Assembly: GCA_964607485.1 (NCBI GenBank)
Contig: CAZSKP010000010.1
Location: forward strand, 32,001-96,000
Direction of reading: 5' to 3'
DNA from: an uncultured bacterium
Lineage (GTDB): Bacteria > Abyssobacteria > SURF-5
Length of the DNA stretch: 64,000 bases
The position numbers and the translations under genes are program-made. Shown here piece after piece: positions 1 through 8,864 of the stretch. The stretch's first letter is position 1; each line of letters begins with the position of its first letter. The notes below the pieces were generated by a model. The model saw nothing but the letters and a program-made list of their open reading frames with translations. It had not been told where the DNA came from and ran no database searches.

Positions 1-2
1 CG

Positions 3-35
3 GTATTTGTTGTTTCGCTCCCGTTTGAAAGCTGA
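3..35 (+). CDS. 3' end of an upstream gene, possibly the cognate sensor histidine kinase (partial)
   Basis: Reads VFVVSLPFES*, like the F-x-x-x-LP tail of HATPase_c domains; directly upstream of a response regulator. Confidence 0.45.
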   Translation, partial: VFVVSLPFES

Positions 36-79
36 CATACGATGAAGGTTCGACCCAAATTCCAACGGAGGCACCTCGG

Positions 80-1465
80 ATGGCGCGCGCACAGATTCTC
101 GTAATCGACGATGAACCGCTTATGCGGGATTTTCTCGAAGAAACGCTCATCCGCGCGGGATACGGAGTCGTCATCGCGGCCGACGGCAACGCCGGCCTGG
201 CTGAGATTCGCAACAACGCGTACGACCTCGTGATTACCGACCTGAAAATGCCCGGGTTGGACGGTCTGGCGTTGCTCGCGCAAACCAAGAAGAACCAGCC
301 CGACATAGCCGTCATCATCATGACCGCATACGCGTCGGTCGAAACAGCGGTGCAGGCGCTCAAGGCCGGGGCCGCCGACTACATCATGAAACCCTTCACA
401 CCGGACGAAATCGAGCACGTCGTCAGGAAATGCCTCTACAAAAGAAAGCTCGAGAACGAGAATCGCTATCTTCGCTCCGAAATCGAGCAGGGTTTCAGCT
501 TCCAGGAGATGGTCGGCTCGAGCCCCGCAATGGTGGCCGTCTACGATCAGATAAAGAAAATATCCCAGAGCAGGGCGTCGGTCCTCATCCGGGGCGAGAG
601 CGGAACCGGCAAGGAGCTCATTGCGCGCGCGATCCATTACAGCAGCCCGCGGCGCGACAAGCCGTTCATAAAGATCAACTGCGCCGCCCTCGCGCCCACC
701 TTGCTCGAAAGCGAATTGTTCGGACACGAGAAAGGCTCGTTCACGCACGCCATCAATAAGAAGGTGGGCCGCTTCGAGCTCGCCGACGAGGGCACGTTGC
801 TGCTGGACGAAATCGGGGAGATGGACCCCGGCCTCCAGAGCAAACTGCTGCGCGTCCTCCAGGAAAAGGAGTTCGAGCGGGTGGGCGGAACGAAGCCCAT
901 CAAGGTCGATGCGCGCATCATCAGCACAACGAACCGCGACCTCGAAAGAGCAATTGCGGAGGGACGCTTCCGCGAGGACCTCTACTTCAGGCTTAACGTC
1001 ATTCCCGTCAAGATTCTGCCGCTCCGGGACCGGAAAGAGGACGTGCCCGCGCTCGCTCAGCATTTCCTGAAGAAATACAATCACGAAAACAGCAAAAACG
1101 TCAAGAAGATACACCCCGACGCCATGCGGCTGCTGATGGGGCACAGCTGGCCCGGAAACGTGCGAGAGCTCGAAAACTGCATCGAACGCGCGGTCGTGCT
1201 CTGTGCCGGCGATACGGTGACACCCGATTACTTCGCTTTTCCCGTGCATCGTCCTCGCGCCGTCTCGGCCGACGGCCTCTATCTCCCTGAAAACGTCACC
1301 GTGGCCGAGGCGGAGCGCCTGCTGATACTGCACACGTTGAAGAAGTGTGACAACAACAAGACCCGGACCGCGGAAATCCTGGACATAAGCGTGCGTACCT
1401 TGAGGAACAAGTTCAAGGAATATCGAGAGGAAGGACTTCTGGAGGATTCCCTGAGAGAATCATGA
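80..1465 (+). CDS. Sigma-54-dependent response regulator (REC-AAA+-Fis HTH), probable flagellar activator
   Basis: REC (VIDD, DLKMPG, K), Walker A GESGTGKE, ESELFGHEKGSFTHA, LLLDEIGE, WPGNVREL, HTH AEILDISVRTLRNK; SD GGAGG. Confidence 0.93.
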   Translation: MARAQILVIDDEPLMRDFLEETLIRAGYGVVIAADGNAGLAEIRNNAYDLVITDLKMPGLDGLALLAQTKKNQPDIAVIIMTAYASVETAVQALKAGAADYIMKPFTPDEIEHVVRKCLYKRKLENENRYLRSEIEQGFSFQEMVGSSPAMVAVYDQIKKISQSRASVLIRGESGTGKELIARAIHYSSPRRDKPFIKINCAALAPTLLESELFGHEKGSFTHAINKKVGRFELADEGTLLLDEIGEMDPGLQSKLLRVLQEKEFERVGGTKPIKVDARIISTTNRDLERAIAEGRFREDLYFRLNVIPVKILPLRDRKEDVPALAQHFLKKYNHENSKNVKKIHPDAMRLLMGHSWPGNVRELENCIERAVVLCAGDTVTPDYFAFPVHRPRAVSADGLYLPENVTVAEAERLLILHTLKKCDNNKTRTAEILDISVRTLRNKFKEYREEGLLEDSLRES

Positions 1466-1487
1466 CCTTCCCGACAATTGGCAGAAA

Positions 1488-1524
1488 CGGTAAGTTTTTC
1501 CGATGTTTCTGGCAGATTTTGCCC
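1488..1524. promoter_or_regulatory. Two imperfect 15-bp dyads, candidate enhancer (UAS) for the sigma-54 activator
   Basis: CGGTAAGTTTTTCCG (1488-1502) and TGGCAGATTTTGCCC (1510-1524), 22 bp apart, about 90-125 bp upstream of the -24 box. Confidence 0.6.
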
Positions 1525-1610
1525 TGGAGACGCGTGCACGAGAAGTACGGGCGATTGTATAAGCCACTGAGCGACAAGCGGTTGTCGAGCTTCTCGGTTC
1601 GGTCGATGTG

Positions 1611-1625
1611 TGGCATGAATGTTGC
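1611..1625 (+). promoter_or_regulatory. Sigma-54 -24/-12 promoter of the flagellar operon
   Basis: TGGCATGAATGTTGC, exact GG-N10-GC spacing, between the activator gene and flgB. Confidence 0.85.
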
Positions 1626-1700
1626 CAATTCAAATAGCGCCGAGAAAATCCATACGCCGCATCAACGCCCGAATTGCCGCTAAAAAAGGGACGTGTCGCT

Positions 1701-2105
1701 GTGAATGAACTGGGTTGGTACGACACGACTACAGTACTCGAAAAGGCGCTGCCGGTCTTAGAAGCGTCTCATCGCATACTGGCTAACAACATAGCCAATG
1801 CGAACACGCCCGGCTTTGCGCCCACTCACGTGTCGTTCCGGGAAAGCCTTCAGCAAGCCCTGTCAGGGACCGCCGCTTCCACCTCGCTGAAGGTCACGCA
1901 TCCGCGTCACATCCCGTCGGGCGGGGTTCAGCCTGGCCTTGTGCTCGAGACCGATACCTTCGAGCCCGGCCGAAACGACAAGAGCACATTCGATGTGGAC
2001 CGCGAGATGGTCGAACTCTTGAAAAACAACAGCAGACACGAAATCCTCTCGGGCATATTGACGAAGAGATACCAGCAGATGCGCGAAGTTCTGAGAATGT
2101 CGTAG
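1701..2105 (+). CDS. flgB: Flagellar basal-body rod protein FlgB
   Basis: ILANNIANANTPGF, THPRHI, DVDREM; GTG at 1701 preferred over TTG at 1674. Confidence 0.92.
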   Translation: MNELGWYDTTTVLEKALPVLEASHRILANNIANANTPGFAPTHVSFRESLQQALSGTAASTSLKVTHPRHIPSGGVQPGLVLETDTFEPGRNDKSTFDVDREMVELLKNNSRHEILSGILTKRYQQMREVLRMS

Positions 2106-2124
2106 CGGAGGACAAAGCCGGGTC

Positions 2125-2541
2125 ATGCAGATATTTTCGGCCTTTGACATAAGCGCCAGCGGCCTTTACGCCGAGCGGACCAGAATGAATGTCATCGCCA
2201 ACAACCTCGCGAACGCGAATGCGACTCGCACGCCCGAGGGAGGTCCGTTCCGGCGGCAGCTCGTCGTGCTCAGAGGAACCGAGGCGAGCGACCTGAATCG
2301 CATGGAGAACCTGGGCGTTGAGGTCGCGGGCGTCGTTGACGACCTCTCGCCGTTTCCGCTCGTTTACAATCCGGGCCATCCCGACGCGAATCCCGACGGA
2401 TACGTGGCAATGCCGAACGTAAACGTCGTCGAAGAGATGGTCGATATGACGACGGCAGTGCGCGCGTACGAGGCGAACATCACCGCAATCGACGCGGGCA
2501 AGAACATAATCAGGCGTTCACTCGACATCATCAGGGAGTAG
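2125..2541 (+). CDS. flgC: Flagellar basal-body rod protein FlgC
   Basis: ISASGLYAERTRMNVIANNLANA, YNPGHPDA, PNVNVVEEMVDM, RAYEAN. Confidence 0.97.
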   Translation: MQIFSAFDISASGLYAERTRMNVIANNLANANATRTPEGGPFRRQLVVLRGTEASDLNRMENLGVEVAGVVDDLSPFPLVYNPGHPDANPDGYVAMPNVNVVEEMVDMTTAVRAYEANITAIDAGKNIIRRSLDIIRE

Positions 2542-2547
2542 CGGTAC

Positions 2548-2862
2548 ATGGTCGATGAATTCACAATCGGCGGCATAGGGGGACCTCAGGCTCCCCAGCC
2601 AATCGAGCCCAAGCCGCTCACTCGTCCGGAAGAGACATCGGGGCCTTCCTTCAAGGAATACCTCACCGGCTCGATCGAGGAAATACAGCGACTGCAAACG
2701 CAGGCCGACGAAACCATAAATAAACTGGTGGCGGGCGAGGTGACAAACGTCAGCGAGGCCATGGTAGCAATCGAGAAGGCCAACATGGCGTTCCTCACCA
2801 TGCTCCAGGTGCGCAACAAGATAATTTCGGCCTACGAGCAGATACAGAGGATGCAGGTGTAG
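2548..2862 (+). CDS. fliE: Flagellar hook-basal body protein FliE
   Basis: C-terminal QVRNKIISAYEQIQRMQV; position after flgC. Confidence 0.95.
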   Translation: MVDEFTIGGIGGPQAPQPIEPKPLTRPEETSGPSFKEYLTGSIEEIQRLQTQADETINKLVAGEVTNVSEAMVAIEKANMAFLTMLQVRNKIISAYEQIQRMQV

Positions 2863-2994
2863 CGGCTTACAAGTATCGGATGCGGCGGTTGCGGCAAACC
2901 GCAACGTTAGACATACCGAAACCGAGCGAAGCGGCCGCGCGGTTCCGGGAGCGGCACAAGAAATAGTCTGCACCTTTAAGGCGCCGAGGCAGAC

Positions 2995-4569
2995 ATGGAT
3001 TTTCTCCGGCAGCTATACGAGCAGTTTGTCACCATCTGGAAGTCTCTCAACGTCCAGCAGCGGATTTTTGTCACGCTGGGTTCCGCCCTCGCGTGCGCAG
3101 GGCTGCTCGCCCTCGCACTCTTCCAAACATCCCCAGATTACAGTGTCCTGTTTGCCAACCTCCAGCAGCGCGACGCGGGCGAAATCGTCGCCAGCCTGAA
3201 GGACGCCAGCGTGCCCTACAAACTTTCCGCGGACGGCACGACGATCATGATACCGTCCAATCGCGTGGCCGAAACGAGACTGACGCTCGCGCAGGAAGGT
3301 CTCCCTCGCGGAGGCGGGGTCGGATATGAGATATTCGACCGGACTCGTCTGGGCATCACCAGCTTCGAGCAGAAGGTCAACCTCAAACGCGCGACCGAGG
3401 GCGAACTCGCCCGCACTATCAACCAGTTGGCCGAGGTCCAATGGTCGCGGGTGCAGATAGTGATGCCCGAGGAACGGCTCTTCACGGAGCAACAGCGCGA
3501 GCCGACGGCTTCCGTCTTCCTCAACCTGGCGCCCGGTCGTACGCTCGACCGCAGACAGGTGCAGGGCATACTGCATCTCGTCGCAAGCAGCGTCGAGGGC
3601 CTCAAACCCGAAAACATCACCATTCTCGACCAGTATGCCAACCCTCTCGCGATGCCAACCGAGGCGTTCGCGGCGACGGCCGACCTCAGTTCGTCGCAGT
3701 TCGAGCTTCGTTCGCGCGTCGAGAAGCTCTTCCACGACAAACTCCAGGGCATGTTCGACCGAATCCTCGGGCCGGGAAAATCGGTGGTGAGCGTGTCGGC
3801 GGACCTGGACTTCGACAGCATCGAGAGGACCGAGGAGAAGTTCGACCCCGACAGCGCGGTCGTTCGGAGCGAGCAGCGGCAGAAAGAATCCAGCGCCTCG
3901 CCCTCCGGCCAGCCCGGGGGCGTCGCCGGTGTGAGCGCAAACCTGCCGACCGTCGCTCCGCTCACCCCGGCCTCATTCGGCGGGCCCCAGCGACAGTCGT
4001 CTTCATCGATAACAAATTATGAGATAAACAGGACCGTCGAGCACATCATCAAGTCCCCGTCGAGCATAAAGGGCATCTCGGTTGCGGTCGTCGTTGACGG
4101 CGTGTACCAGCAGGTCACCGCACCCGATGGGACCACCACGAGAGAGTATGCGCCCCGCAGCGAAGAGGAGATGGAGAAGTACAGGCGGATGGTGCTCGCG
4201 GCGGTGGGCAATCCCGCCACGAAAAGCGTCGAAGTCATCAATGTGCCGCTCGATACCTCCGCCGCCGCGAGAGAACGCGAGGCCGCTGCCGCTGCCCAGG
4301 TGGCCCAGCGACGTGACCTCTACTTCACAATCGCAAAGGGCGTCGCCACGATAGCCGTGCTCGTGTTTATTTTCCTGCTCGTTCGGTACGTGCTCAGACG
4401 CATCCTGCCGGCGCTGCCTCCCAGGTTGCCCGAAGAGCACGTCGGCGCGCGCATCGACCTGGTTACCACAGAAGAGGCCGACGCCACGGCCGATGTGAAA
4501 GACATGGTGGAAAGAAGGCCCGAAGACGTGGCCTCGTTGATAAAGGTGTGGTTGAAAGAGGAGAAGTAG
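2995..4569 (+). CDS. fliF: Flagellar MS-ring protein FliF
   Basis: Two TM segments, GYEIFD, EGELARTI, ASV, ASSVEGL, NYEIN, C-terminal IKVWL. Confidence 0.97.
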   Translation: MDFLRQLYEQFVTIWKSLNVQQRIFVTLGSALACAGLLALALFQTSPDYSVLFANLQQRDAGEIVASLKDASVPYKLSADGTTIMIPSNRVAETRLTLAQEGLPRGGGVGYEIFDRTRLGITSFEQKVNLKRATEGELARTINQLAEVQWSRVQIVMPEERLFTEQQREPTASVFLNLAPGRTLDRRQVQGILHLVASSVEGLKPENITILDQYANPLAMPTEAFAATADLSSSQFELRSRVEKLFHDKLQGMFDRILGPGKSVVSVSADLDFDSIERTEEKFDPDSAVVRSEQRQKESSASPSGQPGGVAGVSANLPTVAPLTPASFGGPQRQSSSSITNYEINRTVEHIIKSPSSIKGISVAVVVDGVYQQVTAPDGTTTREYAPRSEEEMEKYRRMVLAAVGNPATKSVEVINVPLDTSAAAREREAAAAAQVAQRRDLYFTIAKGVATIAVLVFIFLLVRYVLRRILPALPPRLPEEHVGARIDLVTTEEADATADVKDMVERRPEDVASLIKVWLKEEK

Positions 4570-4618
4570 TTTTCCGGGGAAACGATTCAACGCCCCGGAG
4601 CAATCGTAGGGAAACAAT

Positions 4619-5632
4619 ATGGTAGAAGCATCGGACCTTTCCGGGAGACAGAAGGCGGCGATACTGATGGTGACCCTCGGCAGTGGAGCCTCGGCGGAGA
4701 TAATGAAACACCTCGAACCCGAAGTGCTGGAGGAGCTGACGTTCGAGATCGCGGGCCTTGGCAGTGTCCCTCCCGAACTCAAGCGCCGAGTGGTCGAGGA
4801 GTTCTGCCAGATGGCCCAGGCGAAGGACTTCATCTCGTTCGGGGGAGTCGATTACGCGCGCGAGACACTGAACAAGGCTGTGGGAGTCGGCAAGGCCGCG
4901 GAAATACTCACCAAGCTGGAAAACGCCATCAAGGAGACTCCGTTCGAATTCGTGAGAAAAGCCGACCCGGGCCAGATCCTCAATTTCATCCAGGACGAAC
5001 ATCCGCAGACAATCGCCCTCGTTCTGGCGCACCTTACCCCGGCAGTGGCCGCGATGGTGCTTGCCGCGCTTCCGGACGACCTGCAGACAGACGTCGTCTA
5101 TCGCATCTCCAACATGGAACAGACCTCGCCCGAGATTATCCGCGACGTCGAAATGGTGCTCGAGCGAAAGCTGGCGTCGGTCATCAGGCCGGAGATGACA
5201 AAGGTCGGCGGCGTGAAAAACGTCGCGGAACTGCTGAACCGCGTCGACAGGACGACGGAGAAGAATATCCTCGCAAAACTTTCCGAGCGCGACCCGGAGC
5301 TCTCCAACGAGGTCAGGGGACTGATGTTCGTGTTCGACGACATCGTCATGGTCACCGACGCCGGAATACAACGCACGCTGAAAGAGATCGAGAACAAGGA
5401 CCTCTCACTCGCGTTAAAGGCGGCCAATGAGGACGTCAAGACCAAGATATTCAGCAACATGTCCAACCGCGCCGCCGAGATGATTAAGGAAGACATGGAA
5501 TACATGGGCCCCGTAAGGCTTCGGGACGTGGAAGCCTCCCAGATGCGTATCGTCGAGGTCATAAGGCGGCTGGAGGACGCGGGCGAAATAGTGATACTCG
5601 GCCGTGGAGACGAGGACCAGTTAGTTGTCTAA
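4619..5632 (+). CDS. fliG: Flagellar motor switch protein FliG
   Basis: QKAAIL, EHPQTIAL, GGVK, MFVFDD, MSNRAA, GPVRLRDVE. Confidence 0.98.
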   Translation: MVEASDLSGRQKAAILMVTLGSGASAEIMKHLEPEVLEELTFEIAGLGSVPPELKRRVVEEFCQMAQAKDFISFGGVDYARETLNKAVGVGKAAEILTKLENAIKETPFEFVRKADPGQILNFIQDEHPQTIALVLAHLTPAVAAMVLAALPDDLQTDVVYRISNMEQTSPEIIRDVEMVLERKLASVIRPEMTKVGGVKNVAELLNRVDRTTEKNILAKLSERDPELSNEVRGLMFVFDDIVMVTDAGIQRTLKEIENKDLSLALKAANEDVKTKIFSNMSNRAAEMIKEDMEYMGPVRLRDVEASQMRIVEVIRRLEDAGEIVILGRGDEDQLVV

Positions 5633-6374
5633 GGTAATAAAACCCAGCGACAAAGAGCTGTTCGGCTCGGCGAAAAAGTTCGAGAAAAAGCCGTTCTCGC
5701 TGGGCGCGAACCAGGCGAAGAGCGCCCACCCGTCGGACAACCCTTCGTCATCGCACAAGAACAATCCGGGCTCGAAGCGCGGGGCGAAACAGACGAACAC
5801 CTCGGATCTGCTCGCGGAAGCCGAGCGTCAGGCGGAACAGATAGTGAGCAAGGCCGAGAACAGCGCGGCCCGAATTCGGGAACAGGCGCGCGAGCAGGGC
5901 CGTGCGGAAGGCCTCGAGAAGGCAGCAAAGAAGGCCGAGGAACAGATGCAGGCATCTTCCCGAATACTGGATTCGCTCGTGGCACAGTTGAAGGCGCAGG
6001 AGTCGGAATTGATGCGGCTCCTCTCGCCGAGGCTCGCGAGCCTTGCGACCGAGCTTGCTCACAAGATCATTCACAGGGAAATCGAGAAGGATTCCTCGGT
6101 GGTCACCACGCAGGCCGAGGAGGCGATAAGCAAGATTCTGGAACGCGAAAAGCTCATCATTCGGGTGAATCCCGCCGACGAGGAGCTGATGAAGAAACAC
6201 AAGGCGCAGCTCACGAAAGTGTTTGATGGAATCGACAAGATCGAGGTCATCGCCGACAAGAAGGTCGAGCGAGGCGGCTGCATCGTAGAGACGAACCTCA
6301 TCAAGGTCGATGCGCAGCCGAGCTCGCAGCTCGAGGCGGCCCGCAAGACGCTCCTGGGCGAGGCGGAGAAATGA
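5625..6374 (+). CDS. fliH: Flagellar assembly protein FliH
   Basis: AREQGRAEG (AxxxGxxxG), IRVNP, GGCIVET; TTG start overlapping fliG. Confidence 0.92.
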   Translation: MSKVIKPSDKELFGSAKKFEKKPFSLGANQAKSAHPSDNPSSSHKNNPGSKRGAKQTNTSDLLAEAERQAEQIVSKAENSAARIREQAREQGRAEGLEKAAKKAEEQMQASSRILDSLVAQLKAQESELMRLLSPRLASLATELAHKIIHREIEKDSSVVTTQAEEAISKILEREKLIIRVNPADEELMKKHKAQLTKVFDGIDKIEVIADKKVERGGCIVETNLIKVDAQPSSQLEAARKTLLGEAEK

Positions 6375-7741
6375 ACAATTTGCCCGACATCAATAAGTGG
6401 CAGTCGCGCATCGAGCATGCCGAGCTGATACAGACCTGTGGAAAGGTGACCCGCGTGACCGGGCTGATAGTGGAATCGACGAGCCCGGGCCTCTCGCTCG
6501 GTCAGATGTGCACCATACACCCCGGAAACGGGAGGAATCCGGCGCTCGCCGAGGTCGTCGGCTTCAGAGACAGCAAGGCTCTTCTTATCCCGCTGGGTGA
6601 CATCCGCGGAGTCGCGCCCGGCAGCGTTGTCGAGCCCTGCGACAGGCCGCTCACGATGCGCGTCGGTCGGGAGATGCTCGGCCGCGTCATTGGCGGGACC
6701 GGCCAGCCCATAGACGGCCGGGGCCCGCTCAAGCTGAAGGAAGAATACGCCGTCATGGGCGAACCCATCAACCCGATGGACCGCCGGCGAATCACCGAGC
6801 CGCTCCCCCTGGGCATACGGGCCATCGACGCGTGCCTCACGTGCGGAAAGGGTCAGCGATTGGGCATCTTCTCCGGCAGCGGCGTCGGCAAGAGCGTCCT
6901 GCTCGGAATGATAGCGCGCAACACCGAGGCGGAAATCAACGTCATCGGGCTCATCGGCGAACGCGGCAGGGAGGTGAAGGACTTCCTGGAGAAGGACCTC
7001 GGCGAGGAAGGCCTCAGGAGGTCGGTCGTGGTGGCCGTCACGTCGGACCAACCGGCGCTTCTGAGACTCCACGGCGCGTTCATAGCAACGGCCATAGCCG
7101 AATACTTTCGCGACATGGGTCACGACGTACTGCTGATGATGGACTCGATATCCCGGTTTGCCATGTCGCAGCGCGAAATCGGGCTGGCCGTCGGCGAGCC
7201 GCCCACCACGAAGGGCTATCCACCTTCCGTCTTCATGCTCCTGCCAAAGCTGCTCGAACGGGCGGGCACGTCCCCGTCGGGAAGCATCACGGGCATATAC
7301 ACCATATTCGTCGAGGCCGACGACTTCAACGAACCCATCTCCGACGCGGCGCGCTCGACGCTCGACGGACACATCATGCTCTCGCGCAGGCTCGCGGCGC
7401 AGAACCACTATCCGGCCATCGACCTGCTCGACAGCGTGAGCCGCCTGATGGTCGACGTCGTGCCTGAAGAACAGGTCCTGCTCTGCCACATGGCGCGCGA
7501 CGCCATCGCGACATATCGCGAGGCACAGGACCTCATAAACATCGGCGCCTACGTTAAGGGAAGCAATCCGAAGATCGATTACGCGCAGTCGAAAATAGAG
7601 GAAATAAACGGCTTCCTCAAACAGAGAATGGGAGAGAAAGCCCAGTTCGAGCAGAGCGTGGCCGCTCTGCGCGACATTTTCGGCGACAAGCTGCCAGAAC
7701 AACAGAAGGCCGCCGTCGCCCACGGTGAGACGCAACAGTGA
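6371..7741 (+). CDS. fliI: Flagellar export ATPase FliI
   Basis: GSGVGKS, LIGERGREV, MDSISRFA, GEPPTTKGYPPS, DGHIMLSR. Confidence 0.98.
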   Translation: MNNLPDINKWQSRIEHAELIQTCGKVTRVTGLIVESTSPGLSLGQMCTIHPGNGRNPALAEVVGFRDSKALLIPLGDIRGVAPGSVVEPCDRPLTMRVGREMLGRVIGGTGQPIDGRGPLKLKEEYAVMGEPINPMDRRRITEPLPLGIRAIDACLTCGKGQRLGIFSGSGVGKSVLLGMIARNTEAEINVIGLIGERGREVKDFLEKDLGEEGLRRSVVVAVTSDQPALLRLHGAFIATAIAEYFRDMGHDVLLMMDSISRFAMSQREIGLAVGEPPTTKGYPPSVFMLLPKLLERAGTSPSGSITGIYTIFVEADDFNEPISDAARSTLDGHIMLSRRLAAQNHYPAIDLLDSVSRLMVDVVPEEQVLLCHMARDAIATYREAQDLINIGAYVKGSNPKIDYAQSKIEEINGFLKQRMGEKAQFEQSVAALRDIFGDKLPEQQKAAVAHGETQQ

Positions 7742-8214
7742 AGGCGTACAAGTTCCGGTTCGAAAGCGTGCTGAAAAGCAAGAAGGTGGTCGTCGATGAC
7801 CTGGCGTCGAAGACCGCCCGCGCCCAAAGAATTCTCATGCTCGAGATGAGGAAGCTCGACGATCTTAAACAGCGCGAGGCCCAATGTGTCCGGGAACTGG
7901 TGCTCCGGCAGCTCGGCAGGATAAACGCGGGCGAGGTCCAGCGCTGTCACCGATACCTCCGCCAGCTCGGCAGCGCGATAGGCGAACAAGAAAAGCTCGT
8001 CAAAGAGATCGCGGTACGGGTCGAGATGCTGCGTAACATGTTGGTCGAGGCGGAAAAGGAGCGAAAGATTTTCGAAAGATTGGACGAGAAGGAGCGGGAA
8101 GAGTTCCATCGCGAGTTCTCGAAGAAGGAACAGGCGCTGCTCGACGAAGTCGGAATAAACAGGTTCGTTCAGCGGAATGCCCACGGCCGGACTCATTCGT
8201 CCCAACAGCAGTGA
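7738..8214 (+). CDS. fliJ: Flagellar export protein FliJ
   Basis: YKFRFESVL N-terminus, coiled coil, EQALLDE; overlaps fliI stop. Confidence 0.88.
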   Translation: MKAYKFRFESVLKSKKVVVDDLASKTARAQRILMLEMRKLDDLKQREAQCVRELVLRQLGRINAGEVQRCHRYLRQLGSAIGEQEKLVKEIAVRVEMLRNMLVEAEKERKIFERLDEKEREEFHREFSKKEQALLDEVGINRFVQRNAHGRTHSSQQQ

Positions 8215-8270
8215 GGGACGAAAGGAAGAGGCTGAATCGAAACGACAGTTGACGGGAGGCACGAAGAGAG

Positions 8271-8819
8271 GTGAAGGCAGCGGCTTTAGTCGTATTGCTC
8301 ATACTGGTTTTTGTGGGCGTTGCCGCTTACATGCTTCAGCAGAGAGGGCTTCTCACACGCGAAACGCTCGATCTCTTTGTCAAACGCGAGCCCGAACAGA
8401 AGAAGGAGAAGCCGCCGCCCGTCGAGACGGCGGGACTGGCAGGTTCGGTCCTAAAAAGGAATGAAGAGCTGAAAGAGGAAGGCGAGAGATTGCGCGAACT
8501 TGCCGCGAAGCTTGCAATGCAGCGCCGCGAGCTGGAGGCGGACAGAACCCTGATAGCGAAACAACTGGAGACGCTCAGGCCGGGGCTGGGCCCATCCTCG
8601 ACGAGCGAGGAAATGACGAAGTTGGTGAAAATGTACGAGGGCATGGAGCCCGAACAGGCCGCAGTGATTCTCGAAAGCCTGCCCGATCCGACGGTGGCCC
8701 GGATCCTGCTCCAGATGAGGGGAAGACAGGCAGCTCCGATACTAGGGTCGCTGAGCGCAGGCAAGGCCGCGGGCATCAGCAAGCTGCTTGCGCCCGAGCC
8801 GGTCGAGGCGGCGCGATGA
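8271..8819 (+). CDS. MotE/YlxF/FlbB-like membrane-anchored flagellar protein (MgtE N-domain-like)
   Basis: N-terminal TM, coiled coil, LVKMYEGMEPEQAAVIL; between fliJ and fliK. Confidence 0.82.
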   Translation: MKAAALVVLLILVFVGVAAYMLQQRGLLTRETLDLFVKREPEQKKEKPPPVETAGLAGSVLKRNEELKEEGERLRELAAKLAMQRRELEADRTLIAKQLETLRPGLGPSSTSEEMTKLVKMYEGMEPEQAAVILESLPDPTVARILLQMRGRQAAPILGSLSAGKAAGISKLLAPEPVEAAR

Positions 8820-8864
8820 CCAGCGAAGGACCAAGAAGAAATCCAAGGGGAAGGAGGTGATGCT

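Noticed and set aside
2863-2994. GGCAAACC in a hairpin (GTTGCGG-CAAA-CCGCAAC) between fliE and fliF, suggesting a c-di-GMP-I riboswitch
   Set aside because: No GNRA-capped P2 stem, GACGCAAA linker or tetraloop receptor; only a simple hairpin
6071-7735. Long antisense ORFs (also 19590-20780, 21370-22647, 22939-24237, 25320-26609, 40128-41342, 49315-50613)
   Set aside because: Shadow frames of well-supported genes in GC-rich DNA; no recognisable motifs
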